Under the pieces are notes generated by a model. That model was not told the origin of the DNA, did no database searches, and saw only the letters and a program-made list of their open reading frames with translations. A stretch of DNA of 62,865 nt, the filler included. It is 6 parts of 6 records of this genome, joined end to end, with 100 filler letters (N's around TTAATTAATTAA, not from the genome) between each part and the next. Parts side by side here need not be neighbours in the genome. Positions count along the whole stretch, not along the records: positions 56,056 to 62,865 come from DRR723986_86220; 5 more parts are not named here. One strand, written 5' to 3'. Positions 62,614 through 62,865 of this stretch are shown piece after piece; position 1 is the first letter of the stretch, and the number at the start of each line of letters is the position of its first letter. A program made the translations under genes and the position numbers.

Positions 62614-62865
62614 ATGCGATTCAATTTACACCGCTCTTTCTATTTTACCGCAATACTTTTACTTGGATTGTCAGTTTTCTCTTGTTCTGAGAAAAAAGTA
62701 GAAACCACCCAAACGGAAGTCACTACAGAAGCAGCTACGGAGACGAAATCAGATGAAAAAATCATCCTATTCTTTGGCAATAGTCTGACTGCCGCCTACG
62801 GGATAGATCCTGAAGATGGTTTTGCAGGATTGACCCAGCAAAGAATTGATAGCTTGGGACTGAAC
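62614..62865 (+). CDS. tesA: TesA-like SGNH arylesterase lipoprotein (3' truncated; not in ORF track)
   Basis: Hand translation: MRFNLHRSFYFTAILLLGLSVFSC...IILFFGNSLTAAYG. Divergent from ybbA/ybbP, as in the known tesA-ybbAP arrangement. Confidence 0.85.
   Translation, partial: MRFNLHRSFYFTAILLLGLSVFSCSEKKVETTQTEVTTEAATETKSDEKIILFFGNSLTAAYGIDPEDGFAGLTQQRIDSLGLN

Overview
The window is not one locus. It is six unrelated contigs joined by N-runs with a TTAATTAATTAA linker: 1-5986, 6087-12067, 12168-26043, 26144-32548, 32649-55955 and 56056-62865. Contig 1 (alphaproteobacterial-like) is the end of an integrative element: an HTH excisionase, two translationally coupled tyrosine recombinases, and a large serine recombinase whose frame runs into the antisense 3' end of a tRNA-fMet. 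Contig 2 (alphaproteobacterial-like) carries phoR, a class II DAHP synthase and, between them, a four-gene RiPP-like modification cassette. The cassette encodes a Tat-signal Cys/poly-Asp candidate substrate, a PqqD/RRE chaperone, an HprK-related kinase A and a nucleotidyltransferase. Contigs 3-6 are Bacteroidota DNA, mostly housekeeping (tatD, ansA, exbBD, rodA-mrdA-mreBCD, purH, mltG, clpC, pcm, fhs, fdhD, ABC transporters, tRNA-Ser, tRNA-Leu). They also hold REP-like hairpin repeats (one apparently nested), a long imperfect inverted-repeat element split across both ends of contig 3, an E-H-S subtilase, a 20-bp perfect palindrome before an AAA ATPase, and an orphan yoeB pseudogene. The best candidates for an under-described system are the RRE-kinase-nucleotidyltransferase cassette (7552-10638) and the three-recombinase operon (1053-5986). 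All family calls come from motif recognition by eye; no searches were run.
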